Source: an uncultured virus (IMG/VR IMGVR_UViG_3300037400_003073) (lineage: Duplodnaviria > Heunggongvirae > Uroviricota > Caudoviricetes). From it: a stretch of 64,000 bases of DNA. Location of the stretch: the IMG/VR virus record IMGVR_UViG_3300037400_003073; one strand, 5' to 3'. A model generated the notes under the pieces. It had not been told where the DNA came from. It did no database searches and saw only the letters and a program-made list of their open reading frames with translations. A program made the translations under genes and the position numbers. Shown piece by piece: positions 27,148 to 36,264 of the stretch (the stretch's first letter is position 1; each line of letters opens with the position of its first letter).

Positions 27148-27765
27148 TAACCGGCGTCCCAAAGCAAGCGGACACCGGAGCACCCGGACCGGTAGATGGT
27201 AGCCCGGCAAGACGGTGCAAGGCGGAACCATTTCACAGCCCGCCGAACAGGGGCCCAGGAGCCCGGATGTAGAGCATACCGGTAGAGCCCCGCGCAAGGA
27301 TCGACGTCCGAGCGTGCATATAGTTGGGCTAGCTTGATTAGCACCGGAGGTGGCCTATCTTCAAACAGAGGGCGTCGCCCATACAGCCCCGGCATTGCGA
27401 CCGGGGTGGTCAGCGCAATAGATAGCAAAAGGTGGCAAGCCCGGTGCCGCGTGTGAAGACGCACGTCAGCCGGGAGCAGCATGGGCCTTCACCAGGTCGA
27501 GTCTTGCGACCAGTGGGAACACACGGCGCCCATATCCCGCCAAATGCCCGCGAGGGCAGTAGTGTGGCGCATAGCAGTCCCCCCGACCGGTTGACCTGGG
27601 GGGTTGGGAGCAATCCCAGTAAGCGCCGCTCCGGTCTAGTGCCGGTATAAAAGCAGAAAAAGTCGTACGCCGATGTCTAGTGCTTCGAACTACTCCCTTC
27701 CCTGGGGGTAGTTTGGCTCTTGTCCCCACCTCCGTCTAGGTGCTGCTATCGCAGCAATAGCTAGG
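27148..27765 (+). ncRNA. Candidate large (~600 nt) structured RNA
   Basis: Begins right after a promoter motif; no credible ORF; GNRA hairpins TGCCC-GCGA-GGGCA and TGGGA-GCAA-TCCCA plus many other stems. Confidence 0.55.
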
Positions 27766-27847
27766 TAGGAATAGGTGTATAACGCGCGTGTGTGCGCGCA
27801 CGTACGCGTATGCGCGCGTAAGGGAGGATTCCATCCAGGAGCAAAAA

Positions 27848-28074
27848 TGCCATTGAGGCCAATTTACATCCCCGACGGGTTCCACCGCGGCTCCGTCACG
27901 TTCCGCGCTTCCTGGGAATACTTCGACGAGCCGTGCGAACCCCCGCCTCCGCCCGACTACATCCCGTCGGGCCCTTTTTCGACTCCGGGAGTGGTGGGAC
28001 GCCCAGGCGGAGTTCTACGGGTGCCCGGTTCCCCCGTTTCCTGGGTGATCCTTCGGGACCGGCCCGCGTTTTGA
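27848..28074 (+). CDS. Small proline-rich hypothetical protein
   Basis: AGGAG RBS before MPLRPIYIP; C-terminus uncertain. Confidence 0.35.
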
Positions 28075-28181
28075 CGGATTGGGGGCTCCGTGGGCCTGTT
28101 TTCCTCCAGGCGGTGCAACTACACGGTCGGAGAAAACAGGGGCCCGTGGGGGCCCTTTTGGCAAAATTCCGGGATTTTCAC

Positions 28182-29564
28182 AAAAAGCGTGGGCAGGAAG
28201 ATGCCGTCCCTTTAGGGCGGCGTAGGAATGCCCACGAGAACACTTTGGGAACACTTTATTCCAATATTGCACCTAAAATGCTTGATTTGCAATTCGAAAT
28301 GTTCTAAACTTATAATTGAACACGGGTGAAATTCAGATGGCAGAACTGACCTACAATGCAGAGCTACGGTTCCGTACCAAGGAAGACCACGAATACTGGT
28401 CTAGTCTTCTTGCATTGTCCAGGAAAGCCTACAACAAGTGTGCGAACATCCTTGATTCCAACAATGTCCATATAGACTTGCGGTCAGTCCACAAGGCAGT
28501 GTATGATATTCTCCGTGAGGAATATCCAACCATTCCAAGCCAAGCCGTAATCAAGATATACAAGGAGTGCATATCGGCATTCCGTTCCATCAAGAGCAAC
28601 GGCCATAAGAAGCACAAAATACCAGAAAAGCATGGTCTATCAATGAGGCTGGACAAGCGGCTGTATTCTAAGTTCAATCGCAAGAGCATTGCATTGTGCT
28701 CCGGCAAGGCTTGCAAAAGAGCCGTAGCGGATATTGTCGGTTATGACAGGCTGGAGTCGCTGTTTGTGCAATATACCACAGCCGACCCGTTGATTTTCAT
28801 GCGAAATGGGCGTTTCTTCCTTTCGATAACATTCAATGTTCCCGATGTACCTCTATATGATGACAACTGCATCGGATTGGATATGGGCGAACGCCGTTTC
28901 GCAATTTCCTCCGATGGAATCATGTTCCACGACAAGGAATACAACAAGCGTAGACGCAAACTACGCTACTTGAAGCGTTGCTTGCAAAAGAAAGGAACTA
29001 AGTCTGCACGTAGGCATTCTCGTAAGCTATCCATCAAGGAACAAAACCAGTCTACCGATATGTGCCGAAAGATTGCCAATGCGGTAATCCAAAGCACGTC
29101 AGCTTCCATTATCGTAATGGAAGATTTAAGCGGAATTAAGCAGAAGACTTCAAAGTCTAAAGAGGGATTCAAACGGAAATCCCATAATCGTAGGATGTGC
29201 CAAATTCCATTCTACAAGTTCAAGCAAATCTTGTCATACAAGACACCGCTGTACGGTAAGACAGTGGAAACAGTTTCTCCGTTCATGACAAGCCAAACTG
29301 ATTGCACCACGGGCAAGAAGGAAGGTACTCGCAAGAATCGTAGATTCTATTGCAAGAACGGTACTGTCCTGGATGCCGACTGGAATGCTGCAATCAACAT
29401 AGCTCGGAAGAGCAAACATCCTTCCTCGTTCAAGATGCCCCTTGATGGCGCATTGAGAACTTGGAAGGCAGGGTGTATGTCAACCACCCAATCGTACATC
29501 AGTCTCCCTGCGGTAACAACGGGAGCCGTACAAGCTCACGCCCTTCAGGGCGTGGGTAGTTGAC
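28182..29564 (+). mobile_element. Non-autonomous IS200/IS605-family element (tnpB only), inserted 3' of TCAC
   Basis: LE: GAAG at +16..19 then hairpin GCCGTCCC-TTTA-GGGCGGC; RE: CAAG, hairpin CTCACGCCC-TTCA-GGGCGTGGG, ends TGAC; composition differs from flanks. Confidence 0.9.
28337..29563 (+). CDS. tnpB: RNA-guided endonuclease TnpB
   Basis: RuvC motifs IGLDMG, VMEDL, DADWNAAINI; TSQTDC; degenerate zinc finger. Confidence 0.92.
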   Translation: MAELTYNAELRFRTKEDHEYWSSLLALSRKAYNKCANILDSNNVHIDLRSVHKAVYDILREEYPTIPSQAVIKIYKECISAFRSIKSNGHKKHKIPEKHGLSMRLDKRLYSKFNRKSIALCSGKACKRAVADIVGYDRLESLFVQYTTADPLIFMRNGRFFLSITFNVPDVPLYDDNCIGLDMGERRFAISSDGIMFHDKEYNKRRRKLRYLKRCLQKKGTKSARRHSRKLSIKEQNQSTDMCRKIANAVIQSTSASIIVMEDLSGIKQKTSKSKEGFKRKSHNRRMCQIPFYKFKQILSYKTPLYGKTVETVSPFMTSQTDCTTGKKEGTRKNRRFYCKNGTVLDADWNAAINIARKSKHPSSFKMPLDGALRTWKAGCMSTTQSYISLPAVTTGAVQAHALQGVGS

Positions 29565-29992
29565 TTCTCGCGGGCCTCCAGCTCGACAATTCTGAACCCT
29601 TCCCGGTACTTGTTTCGCTTCTCGATGCGTTCGCGGGCGGCCTCGAGTTCCTTTTCGGTGGCTTCGCGGCCATAGTAGGGAACGCCCCTGGTGCAACCGA
29701 AGCTGCGGACCGATCCAGTGGCGACCTGTCCTATTTCCGCGTCGTGTTCCTTGAAGAAACGGACGGCCTCGTCGAGCTTGCGTGCCGGGTACAGGTAGAT
29801 TCCGGTGCGGATAGTGTCTTCGGTGTTGAATCTCGGGTAGTGGAAGAACGCCAGGCGCTCGATTTCCTTTTCCGCGAGCTGGAGAGATCCGCAGCAGCTC
29901 ACCGGGCTCTCGCCCGCCATAATCGCGTGCGTGTAGGTGTGTGTCCTGCTTGTGCGTACCAGCTTGTCGGTGCCTTTGATGTAGAACTTCAT
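29480..29992 (-). CDS. Hypothetical early protein; C-terminus extended into the IS
   Basis: Behind class I promoter; native end ...AREK* when the IS is removed. Confidence 0.7.
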   Translation of the reverse strand: MKFYIKGTDKLVRTSRTHTYTHAIMAGESPVSCCGSLQLAEKEIERLAFFHYPRFNTEDTIRTGIYLYPARKLDEAVRFFKEHDAEIGQVATGSVRSFGCTRGVPYYGREATEKELEAARERIEKRNKYREGFRIVELEAREKSTTHALKGVSLYGSRCYRRETDVRLGG

Positions 29993-29995
29993 TTC

Positions 29996-30095
29996 GGTAT
30001 CCTCTTGTTTGGTGTTGGTTGTTGTTTCTTACTTGTATAAATGTAAAAAGATTTTGCCGCCATGGAACTTACAATTTACTTACATCTTGCTTATA
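29996..30095 (-). promoter_or_regulatory. Class I triple-TGTAAG promoter (copy 3)
   Basis: cttaca/cttaca/cttata at 30068, 30079, 30090. Confidence 0.7.
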
Positions 30096-30133
30096 CTTGC
30101 GCCTGTAACCGGTCCGTTCCATACAATAAGGCC

Positions 30134-30361
30134 ATGAGCATGCCCACACCCCTCGATTTCCCCTTCTTAGCCATGTCCGTACGCGATACCGGCTCCACCT
30201 TCTCCACACTGGGGCATCCACTACCCAGCCGCATCCGTGGACCCCTGGTGGTCGAGACCGTCCTGGAAATAGACAACTCCGTAAGCAGGAGCCGTCGCAT
30301 CGTATACCCGCGCGACCCGTCGCTGAACCGGGTCCCCGACCCGCGTTCCTCAACTATCTAA
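30134..30361 (+). CDS. Small hypothetical protein, probably leaderless
   Basis: ACCGG-N9-TACAAT (30108-30127) ends 6 nt before ATG. Confidence 0.5.
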   Translation: MSMPTPLDFPFLAMSVRDTGSTFSTLGHPLPSRIRGPLVVETVLEIDNSVSRSRRIVYPRDPSLNRVPDPRSSTI

Positions 30362-30513
30362 ACAATTTATAAACACTTATTAGCATATTATTAACATTTT
30401 ATTAATGAGTGAAACGGGTTACTCGTTTTTAAAGTGTTAATAAATCGGGGAAATGCTGTCGGGAGCCGCGCTTGAGCCGTTCCAGGCCCCAAAAAATTAC
30501 TTATATTAAGGGC

Positions 30514-31311
30514 ATGGCACGAACGAAAACACAGGGCATCGCCGCTTCCTCTCCCCAGCACGGGCGCTCAAGCACCCGCGAGGCGCACACGTTGCCCAAA
30601 GTGAAGACGCTCAAGGCGTACGCTCTCCCCGATGGGTGCTCTCCCGAGGATTTCTTCCCCGACTGGAAGGCGGCGGGCGCGACGCTCCCCGAGGTGTATT
30701 TTGCCGTGGAGTACCTCTCTAACCACTTCGACCACGCCCAGGCGTACCACGCGGTGTTCCCCGACGAATCCAAGAGCCGTGCGAACATTTGCGGCCAGGC
30801 TTACTTGCGCCGCCCGACGGTCCAAAAGATCCTGGCGGACTATACCCGCGCATGGCTCCGGGGCCGCGTCGCATTCCTGGAGAAAGAGGTCATGGACACC
30901 ACCCTGGCACGGGCTCTTTACGACCCAGCCATGTTCTTGAACCCGGACGGCTCCCCCGCTTTTACCGACTGGAAGGACATCCCCGAGGCGTACCGCCGGT
31001 GCATCGAAGGCATCGACGTCCGTTTTTGGGGCAAGGACGCTGACAAGCAGACCGTGTCTTTCACTCTTGCGAATCGATCCGAAGCCCTGGGGCAGCTCAT
31101 GAAGCTGCTCTCGTGTATCAAGCAGGGCATGGATAGCGACCGCGCAGGGTCCGGTCTCACGAACGAGACCGAGCTCATGCTTGCCACCCTGTTCGCCCAG
31201 GGCCGCAAGGTGGACAACAGGACCCCCGAGGCCATCCGTTATTCCAGGGCCGCCCGCGCGGAATACACGCCGCCCTCCGTGCCCGAGACTGTCATCACGG
31301 GGCTTGGCTGA
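30514..31311 (+). CDS. terS: Terminase small subunit
   Basis: FAVEYL...AQAY..A...YLRRPTVQ HTH pattern; directly upstream of terL. Confidence 0.75.
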   Translation: MARTKTQGIAASSPQHGRSSTREAHTLPKVKTLKAYALPDGCSPEDFFPDWKAAGATLPEVYFAVEYLSNHFDHAQAYHAVFPDESKSRANICGQAYLRRPTVQKILADYTRAWLRGRVAFLEKEVMDTTLARALYDPAMFLNPDGSPAFTDWKDIPEAYRRCIEGIDVRFWGKDADKQTVSFTLANRSEALGQLMKLLSCIKQGMDSDRAGSGLTNETELMLATLFAQGRKVDNRTPEAIRYSRAARAEYTPPSVPETVITGLG

Positions 31312-32636
31312 TGTCGTTTTCATGGACTCCGCAATACGTCGAGAAGGTTCGCGATTATCCGCACCTTATCGGGCACATGGTAGGCAAGACGAAACTGACC
31401 CCCATGCACTCCGATTGGTGTAAGATGTTGTGGGACGCTGAACCGGGCCGCCACGTCGCCCTCATGGCACACCGCGGCGCCTACAAGACCACTGCGCTCA
31501 CCGAAGTGGGCATCCTCTATTATTTGCTTTTTCACCCGTCGGAACGTATCGCGCTTGTTCGCGAGAACTGGACCGAAGCGGCAAAGACCTTAGAGACCAT
31601 CAAGCAGTACATGAAGACCGAGGCCGTCGCGTCCCTGTTCCATTACCTCCACGGGCAATATCCCGACGAGACGCGCTCCCCGTTCGGGTCCGTCACCTAT
31701 TCGTTCAAGCGCACCATCACCAAAGAGGCATCCATCGACGCCTACGGCATAAACCAGGTGCCTACAGGGTCCCATTACGACCGCATCCATTGCGACGATA
31801 TTGTCACGATCAAGGACCGCCTCTCCCGTGCCCACCGCGAAATGGTCAAGCAGGGCGTGCTCGAAATCATGACGAACATCATCGACCCGGGCAAGTCTTG
31901 CGCGTTCGTGGGCACTCCCTGGCACCACGACGACGCCTGGAGTCTTCGGAATGAAGAAAAGCAGCTAATTATCCCCGAGCCCTGGAAGTACAGGCCCGAA
32001 GACACCCACATCTTGACGCCCGAGGAACTGGCAAAGAAACGAGCGACGACGACCGCTGCCCTGTTCGCGATCAACTACAACCTGGACACCAGCGTCAAGG
32101 ACGAGGGCCAGGTCTTCGACGATCCCATCTTTGGCGCCTGGGACTGGAACATCCGCCCCACCCGTATATTCGGGCACCTGGACGCCGCCTGGGATGGCAC
32201 CTGTACGAACGCCCTCACTATCATGGCAAAACGTCCCGACGGTATCATACAGGGCTACGGCAAAATTTATCCCGGCACCTTCGACGATTGCAAGGGCGAC
32301 GTCGCCCGGGTGTGCCATGAACGCAGGGTGCGCAACTTCTACATGGAAAAGAACCCCGACAAGGGCATGGCGGCGGGAGAGCTCCAGCGCATTCCGGGGT
32401 TCCCCACTGTCCACAAGTATTCCGAGAGCATGAACAAGGACATCAAAATCGTCGCGTACCTCAAGAAATACTGGCAGAGTATTGTGTGGGACCCGTCCAC
32501 GGACCCGGAATACCTGGCACAAATCACGGATTACCGCCCAGGGCAAGATCCTCGCGACGCTCCCGACTCCGGTGCGTCACTCTTGCGCCAGGCAATTTAT
32601 CGCGGGGGCGGTCCGTCCGCTCTCTACACAACATAG
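31311..32636 (+). CDS. terL: Terminase large subunit
   Basis: HRGAYKTT, IHCDD, VGTPWH, HLDAA, DAPDS. Confidence 0.9.
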   Translation: MSFSWTPQYVEKVRDYPHLIGHMVGKTKLTPMHSDWCKMLWDAEPGRHVALMAHRGAYKTTALTEVGILYYLLFHPSERIALVRENWTEAAKTLETIKQYMKTEAVASLFHYLHGQYPDETRSPFGSVTYSFKRTITKEASIDAYGINQVPTGSHYDRIHCDDIVTIKDRLSRAHREMVKQGVLEIMTNIIDPGKSCAFVGTPWHHDDAWSLRNEEKQLIIPEPWKYRPEDTHILTPEELAKKRATTTAALFAINYNLDTSVKDEGQVFDDPIFGAWDWNIRPTRIFGHLDAAWDGTCTNALTIMAKRPDGIIQGYGKIYPGTFDDCKGDVARVCHERRVRNFYMEKNPDKGMAAGELQRIPGFPTVHKYSESMNKDIKIVAYLKKYWQSIVWDPSTDPEYLAQITDYRPGQDPRDAPDSGASLLRQAIYRGGGPSALYTT

Positions 32637-32645
32637 GAGGCCTAA

Positions 32646-33968
32646 ATGGGCATTGTAAAAACTCTTTTCCGCATGGACGGCTGGCAGAACCTGTTGTCCG
32701 GGTTCGGATCGAAAAAAGACAAGGGGACGGTGCCCGAGAACTCCGTCGCTGGATTTAACCGTATAACCCCGGTCCAGCTGGGTGTTCTGTATCGCACGAA
32801 CGCGGAAATCCGGAACGCGATAGACATGCCTGCGGAAGATATGACCCGGTGCGGGTTCGAGGTAGAAGGGGACGACGGCACGCTGTACAAGGCGTTCCAG
32901 GGCATACACGGTCCCGCCGTCTTCAAGCAGGCCCTGCAGCATACGCGCCTCTACGGCGGCGCTATCGTGGTGCTGGACATCGAAGGCGCCGGTAGCTGGG
33001 ACACTCCCTGGAATCCGAAGAACGGCGGCAAGATACGGCGCCTCGTGGAATACCCGCGGACACGCGTCAACCTTGCCGCGATGGAAGTATCGAAGGTGCC
33101 CGGCTCCCAGTACTTCGACGACTTCGAAATGTGGTCGATATTTGGCGCGAGCGGTACTCCGTTCAGCGTCCATGCGTCCCGCATCCTGGTTTTCAAGTCC
33201 GGGAGCCGCGTGGACATCCTGGAACCGGGATACACCGACTACGAGCGGTATTGGGGTCTATCCGAAGTGTATCGCGGCCTTGACGACGCCTACGGGTTCG
33301 GGACCACAAAGCAGGGCACATCGCACCTCATGAAGGAATGCAGCGTCGCGAAGTACCGCCTCTCGAACCTTGAGAACCTGGTGGCCGAGAACGACTGGCA
33401 AAGCCTGGACAACCGCCTCGAAGCCATAGACATGCAGAAATCGGTTGTAAATGGCGTATTTTTGGGAGAAGGCGAAGAATACACCCGCGAGAACGTGACC
33501 TTCTCCGGGGTTCCCGAAATTTGGGACCGTCAAATGATGGCGGTCTCCGGGGCGTACCGCGTGCCGGTCACCAAGATGTTCGGGCGGTCCGCCGCCGGAA
33601 TGAACGCCACGGGCGAGGGCGACGACGATAACTACAACGCGTATATAGCGGGCCTGCAGGTGACACAAGAACTGCCGCCGTTGCTCCGTCTCATGGAGTG
33701 CTTGAACGCGCTGCTCAAGATCGTAAAACCCGACACAAAGGAAATGGACGCCCGGCTCTCCATCAACTTCAACCCGTTGAGCACACGCGACCAGCTCAAG
33801 GACGCCCAGGTCCGCGAAGCCATGAGCAGGGCCGACCGCAATTACGTCGAGGCGGGCATCCTGTACCCCGAAGACATAATCCGGAACCGCTTCCAGGGCG
33901 GTTACAAGGTGGACACGACGGTCGAGGAATTGCACACCCCCGACTTGACGATGGAAGGCGCTAAATGA
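32646..33968 (+). CDS. Portal protein (DUF1073/HI1409 family)
   Basis: DGWQN, IDMPAEDMTR, RLYGG, VHASR, PVTKMFGRSAAGMNATGEGD. Confidence 0.9.
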   Translation: MGIVKTLFRMDGWQNLLSGFGSKKDKGTVPENSVAGFNRITPVQLGVLYRTNAEIRNAIDMPAEDMTRCGFEVEGDDGTLYKAFQGIHGPAVFKQALQHTRLYGGAIVVLDIEGAGSWDTPWNPKNGGKIRRLVEYPRTRVNLAAMEVSKVPGSQYFDDFEMWSIFGASGTPFSVHASRILVFKSGSRVDILEPGYTDYERYWGLSEVYRGLDDAYGFGTTKQGTSHLMKECSVAKYRLSNLENLVAENDWQSLDNRLEAIDMQKSVVNGVFLGEGEEYTRENVTFSGVPEIWDRQMMAVSGAYRVPVTKMFGRSAAGMNATGEGDDDNYNAYIAGLQVTQELPPLLRLMECLNALLKIVKPDTKEMDARLSINFNPLSTRDQLKDAQVREAMSRADRNYVEAGILYPEDIIRNRFQGGYKVDTTVEELHTPDLTMEGAK

Positions 33969-35908
33969 CACCGATGACCAGGAACCTCCCCGCCCTGGTC
34001 GCTATGGCTGGTGGCATGACAAAGCAGAAGCTGCGGACGCTCAAGGCCCGCCGCTGGAAGTACCCGCTCTCCCTGGAGCGGCAATACGCGACCGCCATCT
34101 CCCGTTACTTTGACAAGGTGTGGCGCGATTATGCCCTGGTCGCCGTAGGTACGATGGTTCCGCACGGTGACGCCGTGGACTTGAACCCCGAAGGAACCGG
34201 TCCCGCCCTTGCCGCTATCGTGACTGTCGCGGAAGGTATGGACAAGTTCAACAAGAACGAGCTGGCGGCGTTCCAAAAAATAGCCATTGGCACGGCGTTC
34301 ACGGAAGACGAGCCCTGGCTTCCTGGGGTGCTTGACACATGGGCACGCGAGCAGGTGACGCTCATAACGAAGGCGTCCCAGGATATGCGGGATGCCGTGG
34401 CCCGCCGGGTCCGTGATGGCGTGAAGGAAGGCCTGCTGGCCCGCGAGGTGACGGACAACATCGCCCGCGACTTGCCGCGGATTTCATACAACCGGGCAAA
34501 GATAATCGCCCGTGACCAAACCGCGAAACTAAATTCGGACCTCACGCAGGGACGTATGGCGGACGCCGGTCTCGAGACGTACATTTGGGACACCGCCCAG
34601 GACGAACGGGTGCGCGGCAACCCTGGGGGCAAGTATGCGGACGCACTCCCGTCCCATTGGGTCATGCAGGGCAAGATTTGCCGCTGGGACAATCCCGCGG
34701 TGTGCCAAAACGAACAGGGGGAATGGGTATCCCGTCCGCCCGAAGCCCCGACCACGCACCCCGGTGTGGCGATCCTGTGCCGTTGCGTGGCTATCCCTAA
34801 CTGGCAGGAACTTGAGGGCGTCGGTGCAAGCGAATTGCCGGATATTGAGCCGACAGAGGCGCCTAAAACCGAAATCAAGGAAACTGAAATCGACGAGAAC
34901 TTAGGCGTTTTCACCGATGAAAATATTTTTATGGACATGCTGTCCGTAAGGTTCCCAGATTCCTCAAGGATTTCCAGTTCAGTAAAGAAAGACGCCTTTT
35001 CAAGAATAAAGCGGCTTGACGGAGCCGTACAGCTCGCATATTCCGATACATTTACAAAGTTTGTCAACAATGTAAAAAGCAGCAGCAGGAGTTCTTTTGG
35101 CGTATTCGGCAAGGAAGTCAAGATAAAGAAAAACGGCTCCACCGGTGGCGATGTTGTCCATGAGCTAGGCCATGCCCTTGACCGTAAGATAGGCGTTGCG
35201 CACAACGCTCTTTACGCTTCGAAAATAAGGATGTCAAAATATGGCAACAGGAACCTTGGCGAAATTGTCAAGGACGAGCTTGTAACTCCGATTGTCGAAG
35301 CCGTTACAGCCGAACGCAAGGATACTGTCAAGAGGCTGTTGAAGGAAATCCCGAATGAATGCAAGACGGCCTTGAAGGACGTTTTGAATAAGGCGGATTC
35401 TTCTCGATACGACTGGATAATGGCCGTTCGCAAGTCGGCAAAAAACATGGACGATTACAGCAAGGTCATTACGGTTGTAGGCGCCATTGAAGACAAGTCC
35501 ATGTTCGAGGCTCTTGTAAATGGTGAAAACAGTAAACTTGTTGACTATATCCTTGAAAGGCTTGAACGAAGAGAATTTGCCGGGAACCTTACGGCTGTTG
35601 ACCGTTACAGCAAGACTTTGAACGGGCTTGTGGAAATGTCAAAGAAGGGCGGTGACGAGCATTCTGTTTATGGCGCCTTGTCCGACATGTTCGAGGCCGG
35701 AACGGGCATACAGAACTACTTCGGCATATACGGTCACGGCTCAAGATATTGGAGAGGATTTGACGGCGACAGCAACAAATGCACGGAGGCGTTCGCGGAA
35801 ATTCTCGAAATGCTTTCAAGCCCAAACGATAACGCAAGGAAAATTATTGACAAGTACCTTCCGACGGCACGCGACTTTGTATTAGATTTGATAAAGGAGA
35901 CAAAATAA
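33965..35908 (+). CDS. MuF/SPP1-gp7 head morphogenesis protein with C-terminal HExxH domain
   Basis: IARDQTAKLN, DERVR, HPG...CRC; then HELGH...EAFAE. Confidence 0.88.
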   Translation: MTPMTRNLPALVAMAGGMTKQKLRTLKARRWKYPLSLERQYATAISRYFDKVWRDYALVAVGTMVPHGDAVDLNPEGTGPALAAIVTVAEGMDKFNKNELAAFQKIAIGTAFTEDEPWLPGVLDTWAREQVTLITKASQDMRDAVARRVRDGVKEGLLAREVTDNIARDLPRISYNRAKIIARDQTAKLNSDLTQGRMADAGLETYIWDTAQDERVRGNPGGKYADALPSHWVMQGKICRWDNPAVCQNEQGEWVSRPPEAPTTHPGVAILCRCVAIPNWQELEGVGASELPDIEPTEAPKTEIKETEIDENLGVFTDENIFMDMLSVRFPDSSRISSSVKKDAFSRIKRLDGAVQLAYSDTFTKFVNNVKSSSRSSFGVFGKEVKIKKNGSTGGDVVHELGHALDRKIGVAHNALYASKIRMSKYGNRNLGEIVKDELVTPIVEAVTAERKDTVKRLLKEIPNECKTALKDVLNKADSSRYDWIMAVRKSAKNMDDYSKVITVVGAIEDKSMFEALVNGENSKLVDYILERLERREFAGNLTAVDRYSKTLNGLVEMSKKGGDEHSVYGALSDMFEAGTGIQNYFGIYGHGSRYWRGFDGDSNKCTEAFAEILEMLSSPNDNARKIIDKYLPTARDFVLDLIKETK

Positions 35909-36150
35909 TGACAACCGACGAACTTCTGAAAAACAGCGAGCTCGAAGATTACTGCCTCTTGAACGGCTATTCAATAGTTTATAACAGATGGACCGATTCG
36001 CTTGTATTTTCCCGAGACGGTAATGATTACATTGTCAAGGAAGAATTTTCAGACGATGATGTCTTGAAGGCAATCGAAGGACTGCCCGAAGGCGATCCTC
36101 TGATTCAGTTCCTTGAGCAATACGAGCCGCCAGCCGACGAAATCTTGTGA
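35908..36150 (+). CDS. Small acidic protein, candidate immunity protein
   Basis: TAATG-coupled to muF; D/E-rich; same low GC as the extension. Confidence 0.6.
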   Translation: MTTDELLKNSELEDYCLLNGYSIVYNRWTDSLVFSRDGNDYIVKEEFSDDDVLKAIEGLPEGDPLIQFLEQYEPPADEIL

Positions 36151-36264
36151 TTTTTCAACGAGGGACGGTCTTGAAGGCGGTGTTTTGCCGTTTTCAAGGC
36201 CGTTTTTGTACATTATGCTTAAAATTTTGTTATTATTTTCTTAAAATAAAATTATATTTTGGGT

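Noticed and set aside
27148..27765. Group I/II intron, RNase P or tmRNA identity for the structured region
   Set aside because: No domain V, P7 or GAGGAAAGUC hallmark and no interrupted host gene found by eye
32646..33968. Anti-CBASS function sometimes attached to DUF1073 proteins
   Set aside because: Position and motifs indicate a portal; no 2H-phosphoesterase HxT motifs seen
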